Of a stretch of 64,000 bases of DNA, positions 26,801 to 39,511 are shown piece by piece. The position numbers and the translations under genes were made by a program. This DNA comes from Azolla caroliniana (taxonomy: Eukaryota; Plantae; Polypodiophyta): NCBI GenBank assembly GCA_043228905.1, contig JBHGNT010000007.1:5828001-5892000 (forward strand), in the 5' to 3' direction. The notes beneath the pieces are model-generated. The model did not search any database. It was given only the letters and a program-made list of their open reading frames with translations, and was not told the origin of the DNA. Position 1 is the stretch's first letter, and each line of letters begins with the position of its first letter.

Positions 26801-29800
26801 TACACTTAAAACATCAGAATAGCTAGTATCAAAGATTTTAACTTGAATACATGGAAATATATTAGTAACATATGTACAACTTTGATCAAGGAGGAAATGC
26901 AGAAGATAAATCACAAATCACTGAGGTAGCCTGAGAAGAATCTACAAAAATCAGAGTAATTTGGCGAGCACTATGGTTGTAGAAGTGTAGGACAGGTGAG
27001 AGAGTGAAAGGCAAGTTCATATTGAAAATTTGACAGACCTTTTTTATAATTTATCTTCCCTAGAGGGAAGGTTAAACAAACTTGGATTAATCCAAAAGTG
27101 CAACTAGGCGTAAAGAGGACCAATTATAAATTGCACTGCTTATAGATGTCGCTAGATGGTTTCCTATATAAACCAAGTATATGGAGAAACACATGTCACA
27201 TGACTTTCTCTACTGATAGTACAGGTCCTGATGTATTTCATCCACTGAAGATCGAGACTGGACAACATGCTCATTTAGAGAATCACATCTGCCAGCTTTG
27301 CAAGCAAGAAGTTGAAGCCGGCGAGCATTATGTACGTCATAATTCCCAGTCTATTATGGCATCAGATAAAGATGTCTCTTTAGAAAATGATCTGAAACAT
27401 CTCTGTAGACTGATAGAATACAATGATCAATGATGCTTAGCACTCTTCCTTCTAGCCATAAGAAGAAATAGAGAGAGGGGGAGTTTGACAATCATTAATC
27501 CACATCAGCAGAGCCCTTCTACACTGATACTTTTCACAACACTCTTCATGTTGGATTCATAGCTCAGAGAAGTTGCAATTAGAGCCATTTCTCTTTGTCA
27601 GGTACATCGTCAACGCCAGCTGGAACAATGAATCCAATCTGCATATCTTTACAAGATCAAAGACAATTATCACACACCATCAGAGGCACCTACTTTTCCA
27701 TATTAAATCACCCCATGATGGATATTTACAGAGAGGTGCAGTTTCAGTTCCAATGAGCAAGCACCATATCTGATTGTAGATTATTCATGAGAATGTTTCA
27801 ACCCATTTAGTTTTAGGAAGCTCAGTAGAAATTCACTTTCCTTGCATTACTTGTGTTGATGAGTTAAAATGAGAACGTGGTAATCTTTGTCAGGTCTCTT
27901 ATGCCCTCACGGTCTTTTAGAGACATTAATACAGATTTCTTCTTTCTTCAGAGAAGTGCACAACAATATGAGAGCAACCTTCACGTATTGTTAAAAAAAA
28001 AGAAATTCAAGCATTTCCAGCAACTATGATGCCCATCCCTCATGTTCATGTTCTCTAGCTAGGTTCCATCCATGTCCCATCTCCTGTCCTATGCAAATAT
28101 AGGTTAGAGATATGATACAACTGAAAGGGAAGCTAATCATCCAAATACTAAGTCATAGATTTAGTTACTTTCCTTAAAGATAGCATAATCCAGGAGAAGA
28201 ATAGTATGACCCTAAAGTAATCACATGTTAGATAATATAAGTCTCATAATCTATGGACCCAGTGTATGTTTCAAGTAGAATAGGCTACAATTTCGTTTTT
28301 TTCTAGTTACGTTGGAAAGGGGATGAGAATACGTACATTGCTATCTCCAGCATAGCCATTGCATAAAAGTTACAATAGTCTGGCATTCACGAACTCAAAC
28401 AAATATGTTAGATATCTATAGGTTTTCGAATCTTTAGATCCCCAGAATGTTTTGTGTTTCAATTCACAATGTACACACTTCCTGTTTCTCGCACATTCAA
28501 GTAGTATTGGCTACTATTTCTCTTGTTTCTATAGTCCCATTGGATAGGGATGTGAATAGCGACAGAATCAATCTTTCATATAGTTGTTAGCAGCTACAAA
28601 GCGACTCATTCTGTAAATGTTCAAACAGTACGACCTTTAAGGAGTCACGCAAACATGTTAAACATGATTACAATCTTTGATCCCAACAGACAAAGACTCA
28701 TACATGAGTCACATATTTCAGATAAGTATTAAGAGAAATATAAGTAGGTTTTGGAAACTTTTGACCCTACAGACAAAGACTCAAACATGCCACATATTTC
28801 AGCTAATGATGAAAACAAACAGTGTTTCAAAATCTAAATTTGTTATTGTGGTGTTGGGGGAGATTGTATTTGTGATTCAATTTGCATGTCACCACATTGC
28901 AACAACTTGCAAACTGAATACATTAATTCATAACAACATGATCCTTTGGAAATGAATGGGAAACGGAATACAGAAAATTGGAGTCAAAAAAAAGGAATAC
29001 AGCAAATGTCAAAAAGAAGGCCAGAAAACTGCCCAAAAGGAAGGATAAAAGAAGTCCAGGTCACAACATTGCAACAACTTCCAAACTCTATGAACGCATA
29101 ACGTTGATCCTTTGGAAGTGAATGGAATAAGGCATACAAAAAATGGAGGCCAACAATGTAGAAAAGAAGGTTAGAAAACAGCCTAGAGGGTAAGAGAAGG
29201 GGCATCCAGAAAAACAAAGGTAGCACATTCATCACAAGGTACAGCCTCCTCTACCTCTCTCAGTGATATCTTATGGTGGGGAGTTCCATTCATCCCACTG
29301 TTGAGCCTCTGAAGTCTGTCCCTCCATTCATCACAAAATATCATAAATATGTTACATGGAGATTCAGCACACAAAATCACTTTCTTGAATCTTACACATT
29401 GGTAGGAGGAATAATTTGCATGATTTTTCTACGAGACCATGTGAGATGCATCAGAGAAATTTTTAAATCTTGTTCTATGGAGGGGTTAAATGTTTCTTAC
29501 CATACTATTTTTTTATTTTGCCTCAAAGCCTTCCCAGAAATCTAAATATATTAAGGAAATCTACTTTATCCTGTCTACTTTATTACATGTGCTATCCATG
29601 ATGGTATACTTTCACCAGACACTGCCTATTTGAGAAATCAATATCTGGATGTCAGAAAGATTTAAGTTATTATGTGCAAAATGTTGGATATGCATTAACC
29701 ACAGCTATATGGAAAATGAAAAATTACGTAGCATAATAGCCCTTGATGTCTCGTGATCATAATTGCTTTCTATAACTTATGTTTCTTTGAACATTTGTAT

Positions 29801-31504
29801 TCAGACAAAAACAGCTTGAAGTTAGCCAGTTTAGAAATGACTCACAAAGGCCCAAAATTTCCATTCAACACACTGAAAAGTAAAGAGAGCTTTCTTTTAA
29901 GCAAACTAACCATACAACAATTGCATCCCCAGCTTTGTAAGATCGATCAACTTCGAGTTGGATACCATCACCAACAGATTTCAACATTGCTTTGCAAGTG
30001 CTCTTGTATGCCAATAAAGGAGGTCCCAATGGAACTAATGCAAAACGTCTCGCAAGAGGAACATTCTATAGACAGGTGAGTCAAAAAGGAAAAGAATCTA
30101 TTTTCCTAAAGAAAACAAACCATTTGTTAAATAAATGAAGCTAGATATGTTAGTATAAACCTGTAGATGTACCACACATGACTGCACTGCTACAAAAGCT
30201 TGTTTGAAGATCTCAAATGAAAAGGCTTCTGTTGGTATATCATAAGGATATTTCTGTGAATCAAATCACCAAGCCATAGCATTAGATTCACTTGCCAAAA
30301 GGTACAGAAAAACATCATGACATAATATGCAGTGATATATACAAAAAATGACCTGAAAGAGTGATCCAGCCATAAACCAGACAGTATCCAGTTCATTATA
30401 CTCTCGTCTTATACCTTCTAACCTTGCAGCAACAACTTCCTGATTACCAAACATTGGAAAAGTCAAATAAAATCAATGACTTCTCAAAAGTTTCCGGTTA
30501 CCATTCTCATTTTCCATGCAAGTACCTTCATGGGACTTCCTTCAAGAAACTCTAGCTCCTTGGAGCTCCAAAGTAATGGTGATTCTACTGCCAGCTGGCC
30601 TCTTCCCCTTTGTCTGTCAAGCTCACGAATAAAAGGATACCAGAAGGAGTCTCTTCCACGCTTCTTTTCATACATCAAGTAAAGCGCCAGGCAAGCAAGC
30701 TCAGAAAGCTTGTTTGTTGTCAGTAGTTCGGCTGCAAATCCATATTGTCAAGCAGGTCAGACAATCGTATGGTTCAGTTTCTGTCTAAATTTAAAGAACA
30801 AGCGCGCACACAAATATCCAGGCAGAGAGAGAGAGAGAGATCATTGTAATGGATTATTAATTTGCATACCAATTGTCTCATTCCCTAGAATTCTCTCGAG
30901 AGTGACCACCAACGAGTTTGGAACTGTAAATGCAACATCTCCAGCCTGCACGAAATGAGAAGAAAGCAATGTTAGCAGGAGATATCGTTCACATAATGAA
31001 GATGGGGATTCGGAGAAAACAAAGGACAGAGTTATAGACCTGCAAATCTTGTTGCGCTACAACGTAATGTATAGGGATCCTATCGGAGACATGGCAGATG
31101 CGCTCTTGGAGTTGAACCTTGCAGGAATGAGGGGACAGGCCTTGTTCGTACATCCACTTCATCAGATCCTCAGCTGCTGCTGCTGCTGCTGCTGCAGAAT
31201 CTGCTGATGCTGAAATTGAAGAGGAAGAGGAGGAGGAGGAAGAAGAAGAAGAAGAAGAAGAAGAAGAAGATGCTTCGACTCTGGAGGTTGTAGACGATGA
31301 TGCCGCGGCATGATCATCGATGCTGGCTATGGTGGAGGGGGAGGAAGAAGTGGAGATGCAGAGATGTCGTGGCGTCTTCTTCGTCTTCGTCTTTGAGAGC
31401 TTATGCTGGACGCCGAACTCTGTGCTCCAGAAGCTTACGACATTGTTGCAGCGAAGAGTGGGAGCTCCCATTACTTGGAGCATGGCTGCTGGGGAAGGAG
31501 ACAC
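23818..31504 (-). CDS. Plastid-targeted SET-domain / Rubisco LSMT-like protein, SAFE1 (At5g14260)-like, 11 exons
   Basis: Exons 31504-31040, 30945-30870, 30731-30526, 30439-30353, 30253-30161, 30065-29911, 25761-25677, 25601-25515, 25357-25238, 24181-24080 and 23993-23818, all GT-AG. Motifs NKLSELACLALYLMYEKK, RELDRQRGRGQLAVESPLLW, NELDTVWFMAGSLFQ, WCGPQANARLLLNYGFVDEENPYD. Ser-rich transit-peptide-like N-terminus. Orthology is recalled from memory. Confidence 0.92.
27150..27500 (+). mobile_element. LINE ORF2 C-terminal (zinc-knuckle) remnant in intron 6 of the SET-domain gene
   Basis: HPLKIETGQH..ENHICQLCKQEVEAGEHYV parallels SHQLEIENGR..EERLCRL..IEDEYHF of the LINE at 43800-44100. Confidence 0.6.
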
Positions 31505-34500
31505 AGAGAGGATGATGATGAATTATGATGAATTATGATGATGGATGAAGAAGATGAAGATGAAGATGCTCTTCTTCTCATGGGTAGGATTCAAGAATGA
31601 AGGCCATATGTATGTAATGTATGTATGTATGTATGTATGTATGTATGTATGTATGCATGCTACTAGAAATACCAAATAAGACTACGTACGTATGTATGTA
31701 TGTATGTATATATGCATGTATGCATGATGCATGTTGCAAGAAATACCAAATAAGACTCTCTCTCTCTCTCTCTCTCTCGAATCAAAGTAGAATAGGGTCT
31801 ATGCTAGAGAATAGGCGGTATGATGAGGATTGTAGAGACTTGTATAGATGGTACTATTTCCTTAGTACAGGCTCGCAAAGAGATGCGCAAGATGACACGT
31901 TGTAAAAGACGAGCTTGGGGCTTCTCAATATTGGGAACTCTACCACATGCTCATGGGTAGGGACTACGCTCTTGCATGGAAGAGACTACGGGAACCGAGA
32001 CCACAAACACCCATTGAGGGTCCCAACACTTGGCAGACATATACGGAGAGACTCTACCACGTCCCGAACCAACCACCCATTCCAATGCCTTCCAGACCTC
32101 CACCTACCATGGGGACACTTTTCACGACCTCTAGGGTCACGAAGGTCATAAAAAACTACAACACAGGAAATCCATGGACCACATAGGATTGCAAGCCAAA
32201 CACATCATATATGCTCGAGAGAGCCTAGCTCCTTTTCTGACTCTAATCTTCAATCACGCCCTCATCGAGGGTTTTCCACCACAATGGACCATGAACACAG
32301 TGGCCCCTATACATAAAGGAGGGGACCCAATGGACCCAAATACATATAGGACCATTATGATAGGTCATACGCTCACTAAACTATATGGTGCACTAATGGA
32401 AGCAGAGCTCGACGATTATATGGAAACCTTAAGTCTTCAAGCACTTGAGCATGTTGGCTTTAGATGAGCCTTCTCCACTATTGACCATATCTTCACACTT
32501 AGATGCTTAATTGACCAAACGAAGGCTCGCAAGAAGAAACTATATCGTTGCTTTTGTGGACTTCTGCAAAGCCTTTGACATAGTTCCTAGGGAGCAGTTG
32601 TTTGATAGGCTTAAAAGCTTGGAGATACCAAATGACATGATCTGGGCCATCTATGCTCTATATGAGCACGTCTCTGGGTGTGTAAGATGCCTAGGTGACC
32701 TATCCGATTGTGTGCGGAAATAACGCTCGGCCACAACCGAGTCTTCAACAAGGAATAGAAGAGAACAAACTAAAACCAAGATGACACGGGATGTTTACGT
32801 GGAAAACCCTAAATGGGAAAAACCACGGGAGCCCACAAACTCTAGCTATCACTATGAGAGGAGGAATAAAAAGTGAGACTCAGAGGCAACAACCTCGAGC
32901 TCTATGTCTTCGCCAATGGCGGTTACAAACAGAAAACTAGTTCTGTATATCTTTCTCTTTCTCACTCACGCTTTGTATACAACAATTTACAACATCTAAC
33001 AATAATCAGCTCACTCTTACACTATGTGGTTGCCCTAAGTCATATTTATACTTATATAACTTTAGGTCTATTTACAAATAGAGCCTCGATGGGCTCACCA
33101 TGAAACATATTTACACATATGTCCTTGGATCCGGTGCAAACCGGATCCATCTAGATTCACTCGATCCAGTTTCCGGATCTCATCCAACTCATCTGATCCG
33201 ATCCTCCGGTTCTCATTTGGATCCTATCCAGAGGGACCGAATTCCCAACAAGCTCCCCCTTCACTCCGGCATGGGATTTCTCGTTAATCTGATCCGTCTT
33301 TTGCACGTGTCTAACTTGTCGGTTGAAAGCACCTTGGTCAACATATGCGATCTGTTCTCCTTCGTGGATCTTCGTCAACACGAAGTCTTGATCTTCTACC
33401 TTCTCTCGGAGCCAGTGATATCTCCTCTAGATATGCTTGGTCCGGGAATGGTAGCCCTCATTCTTCGCAAGGTGGATGGCACTTTGACTATCGCAGTAGA
33501 GCCGGTATTCCTCCTATCGGATCCCTAGCTCTCCGATGAAGTCCTTCATCCATATTACTTCCTTGTCGGCTTCCACAACTGCCATGTACTCTGCTTCCAT
33601 TGTCGATAGTGCCATGGACTTCTGCAGCCTTGACTGCCACGATACAACTCCCCCTGCATAAGTCATCACATATCCGGATGTAGACCAGCTAATATCCGCA
33701 TCAACTGACATATCTGAATCCGTGAATCCGTCAAGTTAGGGTTTACTAGCGCTGAATGGGAGGCACATACTCGAGGTGCCTTTCAAATACCGGAGTATCC
33801 ACTTGGCCGTGTTCCAGTGCTCTTTTCCAAGATTGCTCATGAACCAACTCACCACTCCGACTGCATATTCGATATCCGGCCAGGTGCACACCATTGCATA
33901 CATTAGACTTCCGACAGTAGAGGCATATGGTACCTTCATCATATCCGTCTTCTCTGTCTTCGTCTTCGGGCTTTGTTTTCCGAATAGCTTGCAGTTTGCC
34001 AGAAGTGTAGATCCGACCGGTTTTGCCTCCGACATGTTGAACCGTTGAAACACCTTTGTCACGTACTTCTCCTGTGACAACCACAACAACTTCCTCGATT
34101 GGTCCTGGATGATGTGCATCCCCAAAATCTGTCTTGCCAGACAAAGTCTTTCATTGAAAAGGTTCGGTTTAGGGCCTTCTTCAACATTCGTATCTTGACT
34201 TGGTTTCGTCCGACGATCAACATGTCATCCACGTACAGGAGCAATATCAGGAAATCTCCTCCGTCAAATTTCTTCACAAACACGCAGTGATCGGCTTGCG
34301 TCTTGTTGTACCCTTGATCCGTCATGAAGGAGTCGAACTTCCTATACCATTGCAGGGGAGCTTGCTTCAAACCGTATAGGCTCTTCTTCAACCGGCAAAC
34401 CAGGTGCTCCTTCCCTCTCTCCACAAATCCTTCCAGTTGATGCATGTAGATTTCTTCTTCGAGGTCACCATGGAGGAATGCCGTTTTGACATCCAGTTGC

Positions 34501-34946
34501 TCTACCTCGAGGTCCATGCTTGCCGCTATGCTCAACACCGTCCGGATGGAAGTCATCTTAACTACCAGGGCAAAGATCTCGTCAAAATCCACTCCTTTCT
34601 TCTGTTGGAAACCCTTCACCATTGTCACGGATCATAAGCTCAAGAGACAAGCAAGAAGATAACCAAATGGACAAGAAAGAAGATAGTATTAAGGGAAAGA
34701 CTCCATAACTGGTGTTGTTCACCTTGAATTCCTTCAAGGTGAACTCCTCTATTTATACTACATGGCATGCATACTTGTTTGCACGCATGTGAATCTACAA
34801 TAGAGCATGTAAGTATGCATGCATGTGCCAAGTGTAAATACTACAAGGGAGCAACTATGCACATGATGCTAGCAAAATAATAAGGATCAATCACATACAT
34901 AACTATGTACTAGATATCTTGGTTAACTCATAATACTAGATTATAA

Positions 34947-37900
34947 CTATGTCGTGTCAAGAGTTCGAATCTTGACATTATCCCCCCTCCTACGCGACCT
35001 TCCCAAATCGGCCGCTGGTTTGTGGGGATATCGGTGATGAAAATCTTGGATGACCTCTGGGGCATTGTGTAAATTTGCCGATGGTTCCCACGTGGCCTCA
35101 GACATGGGGTAACCCCTCCATAGGACGAGGTATTGCAAGTGTCGACGGTGCCAACGCGAGTCAAGGATTTGGTCGACCTCGTATTCCTCCCCTGTCGTCA
35201 ATTGCACAGGTGGTGGTGGTGGGGCCTGACGTCTTGGGAGTTGTGAAGCATAATGGGGTTTGAGGAGGGAGACATGAAAAACATCGTGAATCCGGAAGTG
35301 GGATGGAAGGGCGAGCCGGAAGGCGACGGGATTGATGCACTCGATGATACGGAATGGTCCCAACTTCTTATAATCAAGTTTCGCACATGGACGAGTAGTA
35401 GAGATGTGTCGACGTAACAACCAGACCACGTCTCCAACAACAAAGTGTGGAGTGGAAGATCGATGGCGATCAACCTGCTTCTTGTATCGTTCACTAGCAA
35501 GACTAAGCTCCAAGGATAAATCATGATGTAGTTCTTCCAAAATGCGGGCGCGATCCTCCGCCGAAGGGTTCACGGAAGTGGTAGGAAGGGAAATGTTGAA
35601 GCGAGGATGTAAACCATAGTTGGCAAAGAAGGGAGTGACGCCAGTCGATGCATGGAGAGAATTATTGTAGGCGAATTCCGCGAGCGAAAGTAAGTTGACC
35701 CAATCATCTTGTTGGTAACTAACCGAGCACCGAAGATACTGCTCAAGGATTTGGTTGACACGCTCTGTTTGCCTGTCAGTTTGGGGGTGATAAGCGGAGG
35801 ACAACTTGACAGAGATGCCTAAAGTTTGTAGCAGGCGCTGCCAGAAGTGAGAGACAAATTGGGGTCCGCGATCCGAGATGACATCATCGGGGAGTCCATG
35901 CAAGCATACCACATTGTTGAGTAGTAGATGCACCATTCCTTCTCCGGAAATGGTTTTGGAGCATGGAGTGAAGTGAGCCATCTTCGTAAACCGATCGACA
36001 ACGATCAACACCGAGTCATAGCTATTGACCAAGGGTAGATCAGTTATCAGGTCCATAGAGATAGAGGCCCAAGGATGACAAGGACATGGAAGCGGTTGTA
36101 GTAAGCCGTATGGTCGATGATGAATGGCTTTGGAGCGAGCACAAACCTCACAACTCTTTATGTATTCTTTGACCAACTTCCATGGTTGTGGCCACCAATA
36201 CCCCTGAGAGATTAGCTTGAGGGTTTTCGCGACCCCGAAATGACCTGCAAGTGGGTCATCGTGGCATTCCGGCAACACCCGGGTGCGACATGGGCCCTCT
36301 GGGACGTATAAGAGATGATCGCAGAACAACAAACCCTCTTGTATGGTGAAGGTGTCGAGATCCTTCCTTTTGGTCGCCTTGGAGGGGTTTTGCAGACTAT
36401 CTCGAATCTCGTTGGCGAACGCATCGGTCTTGGAGGCATCAGTGATTTGTTGGAGTAAAGAATCATCCTGCAACATACAAGTGGCAAAAAGATGCAATTG
36501 GTCGGGTTTCAACAAACGTGTAGATTGTTGAGCATAAGCAGCATCCCCAGGGCGGAGTGCAAGGTCAGCTCGACGAGAAAGGGCATCAGCCTTCCCATGT
36601 TGGCCACCAGGTCGAAATACGATCTCAAAATCGTAGTCGGCGAGAAATGTCGACCAACGGGCCTGCCTTCGATTCAAAGTACGAGTGGTGGAAAAATAAA
36701 CTAAATTTTTATGATTAGTCACTACCTGGACACGATGTTGTGCGCCGGCCAAGTAGGGTCGCCATTCTTCAAAGGCAGCAATGATAGCAGCAAGCTCCTT
36801 GTCGTAAATGGGATAATTGATTTCGGATGCCGTAAATTTTCGGGAATAGTAAGCCATTGGGTGCATTAGGTTGTTGTCGTCTGCCTGGGATAAGATGGCG
36901 CCAATGGCAAAGTCAGAGGCATCGGTTTCGACTTGGAAGGGTTTTGTAGGGTCGACATGTAGCAGCACCGGGGCAGTGATGAATGCGTGTTTGAGTGAGT
37001 CGAACGCATTTTGCGCCTCCGAGGTCCATAAAAATGGAGTGCCTTTATGGGTGAGAGCGATAAGAGGTTGTGCTAGGGTGGAAAACCCTTTGATGAAGCG
37101 ACGGTAAAAATTCGCGAAGCCGAGGAAGGATTGCACATCTTTAAGTCGCCTTGGAGTCACCCACGCCTGAATGACAGAGACCTTCTTCATATCCATGGTG
37201 ATGCCAGTGTGTGAGATGATGTAGCCTAGAAATTCGATCGAGGTACGGTTGAACTCGCATTTCTCGCCTTTGGCATAAAGGCCATGCTTGCGAAGTTTGG
37301 CAAGAACTATTCGGACTTGGCGAGTGTGCTCCTCCATGTTTGGCGAGAAAATGAGAATATCATCGAGGTAAATGACAACAAAAAGATCAAGATATTCCCG
37401 GAATATATCGTTCATCATATGTTGAAAAACTGCGGGAGCGTTAGTAAGACCAAAAGGCATTACCTTGTATTCGAAATGCCCATACCGTGTTCGAAATGCG
37501 GTTTTCCATTCATCCCCCGGCTTGATGCGTACTAGATTGTACGCTCCACACAGATCAACTTTGGAGAAGACACGCGCAACTCGGAGTCGATCAAGGAGTT
37601 CGGGGATCAGAGGTAGCGGATAGCAGTTGCGCACAGTGAGTTTGTTGATACCTCGGTAGTCGACGCATAAGCGTAGAGAGCCGTCCTTCTTCTTCACAAA
37701 TAAAATGGGGGGCCCGGCTGGTGACTTAGAGGGTTGAATAAATCCTTTCTCGAGGTTCTCATCGAGATACACATGAAGGGCCTTCAACTCTGGTGCAGAC
37801 AACGCATATAGAGGACCAAAGGGTGGACACGCACCTTCTTGAAGATCAATCAGACAGTCGTAGAGCCGGTGTTCAGGCAAACGATCAGCATTACATTTTT

Positions 37901-38489
37901 CAAATACGTCGGAGAAGTGTTGGTATTTTTCGGGTATAACATGGAGTGTGTTAGAAATGGTGCCACAAACAAACCCATCCTGGACCGATGATGGGGTCGT
38001 CAATTCGGAGTCGACCGTCTCCGAAGGATAGGAAACTGAATTTACCTTCATACTTTTGCACGAGCATCTTGGCTTGCTAAATGTGATCGAGCGGTTGCAC
38101 CAATCCACTATTGGATTGTGCGCCTCCAACCACGTTAGTCCTAAGACGATCGGATCTCGAGGAGATGCGATGAGGTAAAAGGCGAGCTCCTCCTGGTGTG
38201 AGCCCACCCGAAGCCCTAATGGGATTGTAGCTTGAGTAATTGCACCCGACGAGAGGACGCACCCATCGATGGCTTCAACTGGAATGGGTTTTAAGAGGCC
38301 AACGACAGGTACGCCATGTGCTTGGGCAAACGCGACGTCGATGAAGCAAGAAGATGCCCCAGAATCAAGTAAAGCAACAGACTGGATGGAACTAGAGTTA
38401 AACGAAAGCCATACCTCCAATGTGAAATTGCCTGATGGTCCGGCAATGGAACCAAGAGAATGTGGGCGACGGGAGATGTCCAGTTGCAT
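34947..38489 (-). CDS. pol: Chromovirus Pol: protease, RT, RNase H, integrase, chromodomain (1180 aa)
   Basis: LLDSGA, YLDD, TDASDFAIGA, HHCC zinc finger, SDRGPQF and a group I chromodomain EYEVDQILDSR..YLVLWRGY..EATWEP. The ORF runs through the PPT into the 3' LTR. Confidence 0.95.
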   Translation of the reverse strand: MQLDISRRPHSLGSIAGPSGNFTLEVWLSFNSSSIQSVALLDSGASSCFIDVAFAQAHGVPVVGLLKPIPVEAIDGCVLSSGAITQATIPLGLRVGSHQEELAFYLIASPRDPIVLGLTWLEAHNPIVDWCNRSITFSKPRCSCKSMKVNSVSYPSETVDSELTTPSSVQDGFVCGTISNTLHVIPEKYQHFSDVFEKCNADRLPEHRLYDCLIDLQEGACPPFGPLYALSAPELKALHVYLDENLEKGFIQPSKSPAGPPILFVKKKDGSLRLCVDYRGINKLTVRNCYPLPLIPELLDRLRVARVFSKVDLCGAYNLVRIKPGDEWKTAFRTRYGHFEYKVMPFGLTNAPAVFQHMMNDIFREYLDLFVVIYLDDILIFSPNMEEHTRQVRIVLAKLRKHGLYAKGEKCEFNRTSIEFLGYIISHTGITMDMKKVSVIQAWVTPRRLKDVQSFLGFANFYRRFIKGFSTLAQPLIALTHKGTPFLWTSEAQNAFDSLKHAFITAPVLLHVDPTKPFQVETDASDFAIGAILSQADDNNLMHPMAYYSRKFTASEINYPIYDKELAAIIAAFEEWRPYLAGAQHRVQVVTNHKNLVYFSTTRTLNRRQARWSTFLADYDFEIVFRPGGQHGKADALSRRADLALRPGDAAYAQQSTRLLKPDQLHLFATCMLQDDSLLQQITDASKTDAFANEIRDSLQNPSKATKRKDLDTFTIQEGLLFCDHLLYVPEGPCRTRVLPECHDDPLAGHFGVAKTLKLISQGYWWPQPWKLVKEYIKSCEVCARSKAIHHRPYGLLQPLPCPCHPWASISMDLITDLPLVNSYDSVLIVVDRFTKMAHFTPCSKTISGEGMVHLLLNNVVCLHGLPDDVISDRGPQFVSHFWQRLLQTLGISVKLSSAYHPQTDRQTERVNQILEQYLRCSVSYQQDDWVNLLSLAEFAYNNSLHASTGVTPFFANYGLHPRFNISLPTTSVNPSAEDRARILEELHHDLSLELSLASERYKKQVDRHRSSTPHFVVGDVVWLLRRHISTTRPCAKLDYKKLGPFRIIECINPVAFRLALPSHFRIHDVFHVSLLKPHYASQLPRRQAPPPPPVQLTTGEEYEVDQILDSRWHRRHLQYLVLWRGYPMSEATWEPSANLHNAPEVIQDFHHRYPHKPAADLGRSRRRGDNVKIRTLDTT

Positions 38490-38494
38490 GGCTC

Positions 38495-39511
38495 CTACTG
38501 CAACCGAACGATGTCGTTTTCCGGATGTTGGGGTCCGTTAGTTCGATGGAATTGCGGGCGAGTACTCCTAGGACAATGGCGAATGACATGACCGGAGGCG
38601 CCACAATACATGCACAAGCCATTAGCCCGCCAAAATTGTCGTTCAACATCAGTCAATGGCCGAAATCGGGCTTGATCAATTTCCATGGGGATAGGAGCAT
38701 CTGCCAAAGTAGGCGAGTGTGAGGATGCCTGGGGTTGTATGACTGGGGCTTGGCGTGGAAGTGAATGAGGTGGAACCCAAGTCCAACGCTCTTCTTGGCG
38801 AAATTCGAAAAGACGATTGTCACAATGAACTGCTTGTGAAATCGCTTGGGATAACGAGGTGGGCTCCGGAAAGTTTAAGAGAAGATTCTTGACATTGCTT
38901 CGAAGGCCACGCCGAAAGTGATCAATTAAAGCTTGATCATCCCAATTGACATAGCATGCTAGTTGTCGAAATTCTGAAGCATAGACTGAAGCTGCACGCG
39001 AACCTTGTTCGAGTGCATAAATCTTGTTAAGAGTTGTACGTCGTCGGTCCGTCTCTCCAAATGTGGCCTCTAACTCGGCGAGGAAGGCAGGAAAGTCCTC
39101 CAATAGAGGTGACGAGGTTTCTACCAATGGTGCAAACCAAGCTTGGGTCGGACCGGAGAGAAGGGTGCCCACAAGGCCGACTTGTCGAAGACCATCTCCA
39201 TAACGTTGAGGTTGTAGCCGAATGATAAGTCGAACTTGGTTGATGAACCCTCGGAAACGCGACCTCGTTCCATCAAATTTTTCTGGGAGGCTAACCTTAG
39301 GCTCAAGAAACTGTGACGAAGCTAGGCTAGATGTTGGTAGAAGATCTGGCTCTAGGCTAGGTTGTTGTGGGAGACTAGGGTTCGGGGGTTGTGAGGATAG
39401 GGAGGTACCGACTTGAAGTTCTTGTAAAGAATTTCGAAGAGCTTCATTTTCAAGCTGTAGTTGTCGTAAGGCTACCATTATTTGGCCTAACTCACTAGTT
39501 GAGTCGGACAT
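38495..39511 (-). CDS. gag: Chromovirus Gag (338 aa)
   Basis: PEKFDG capsid motif, PMEID motif, CCHC knuckle CMYCGASGHVIRHC. Confidence 0.93.
   Translation of the reverse strand: MSDSTSELGQIMVALRQLQLENEALRNSLQELQVGTSLSSQPPNPSLPQQPSLEPDLLPTSSLASSQFLEPKVSLPEKFDGTRSRFRGFINQVRLIIRLQPQRYGDGLRQVGLVGTLLSGPTQAWFAPLVETSSPLLEDFPAFLAELEATFGETDRRRTTLNKIYALEQGSRAASVYASEFRQLACYVNWDDQALIDHFRRGLRSNVKNLLLNFPEPTSLSQAISQAVHCDNRLFEFRQEERWTWVPPHSLPRQAPVIQPQASSHSPTLADAPIPMEIDQARFRPLTDVERQFWRANGLCMYCGASGHVIRHCPRSTRPQFHRTNGPQHPENDIVRLQ

Noticed and set aside
28680-29170. Diverged short duplications within intron 6 of the SET-domain gene
   Set aside because: Ordinary old local duplications with no coding or structural signal.
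33100-33528. Plus-strand ORFs over the copia (also at 40090-40692)
   Set aside because: Antisense shadows of the decayed pol and LTR sequence.
38487-38497. Stop-codon readthrough (CAG TAG G) as the gag-pol mechanism
   Set aside because: Pol is in the -1 frame relative to gag, so readthrough would not enter pol.
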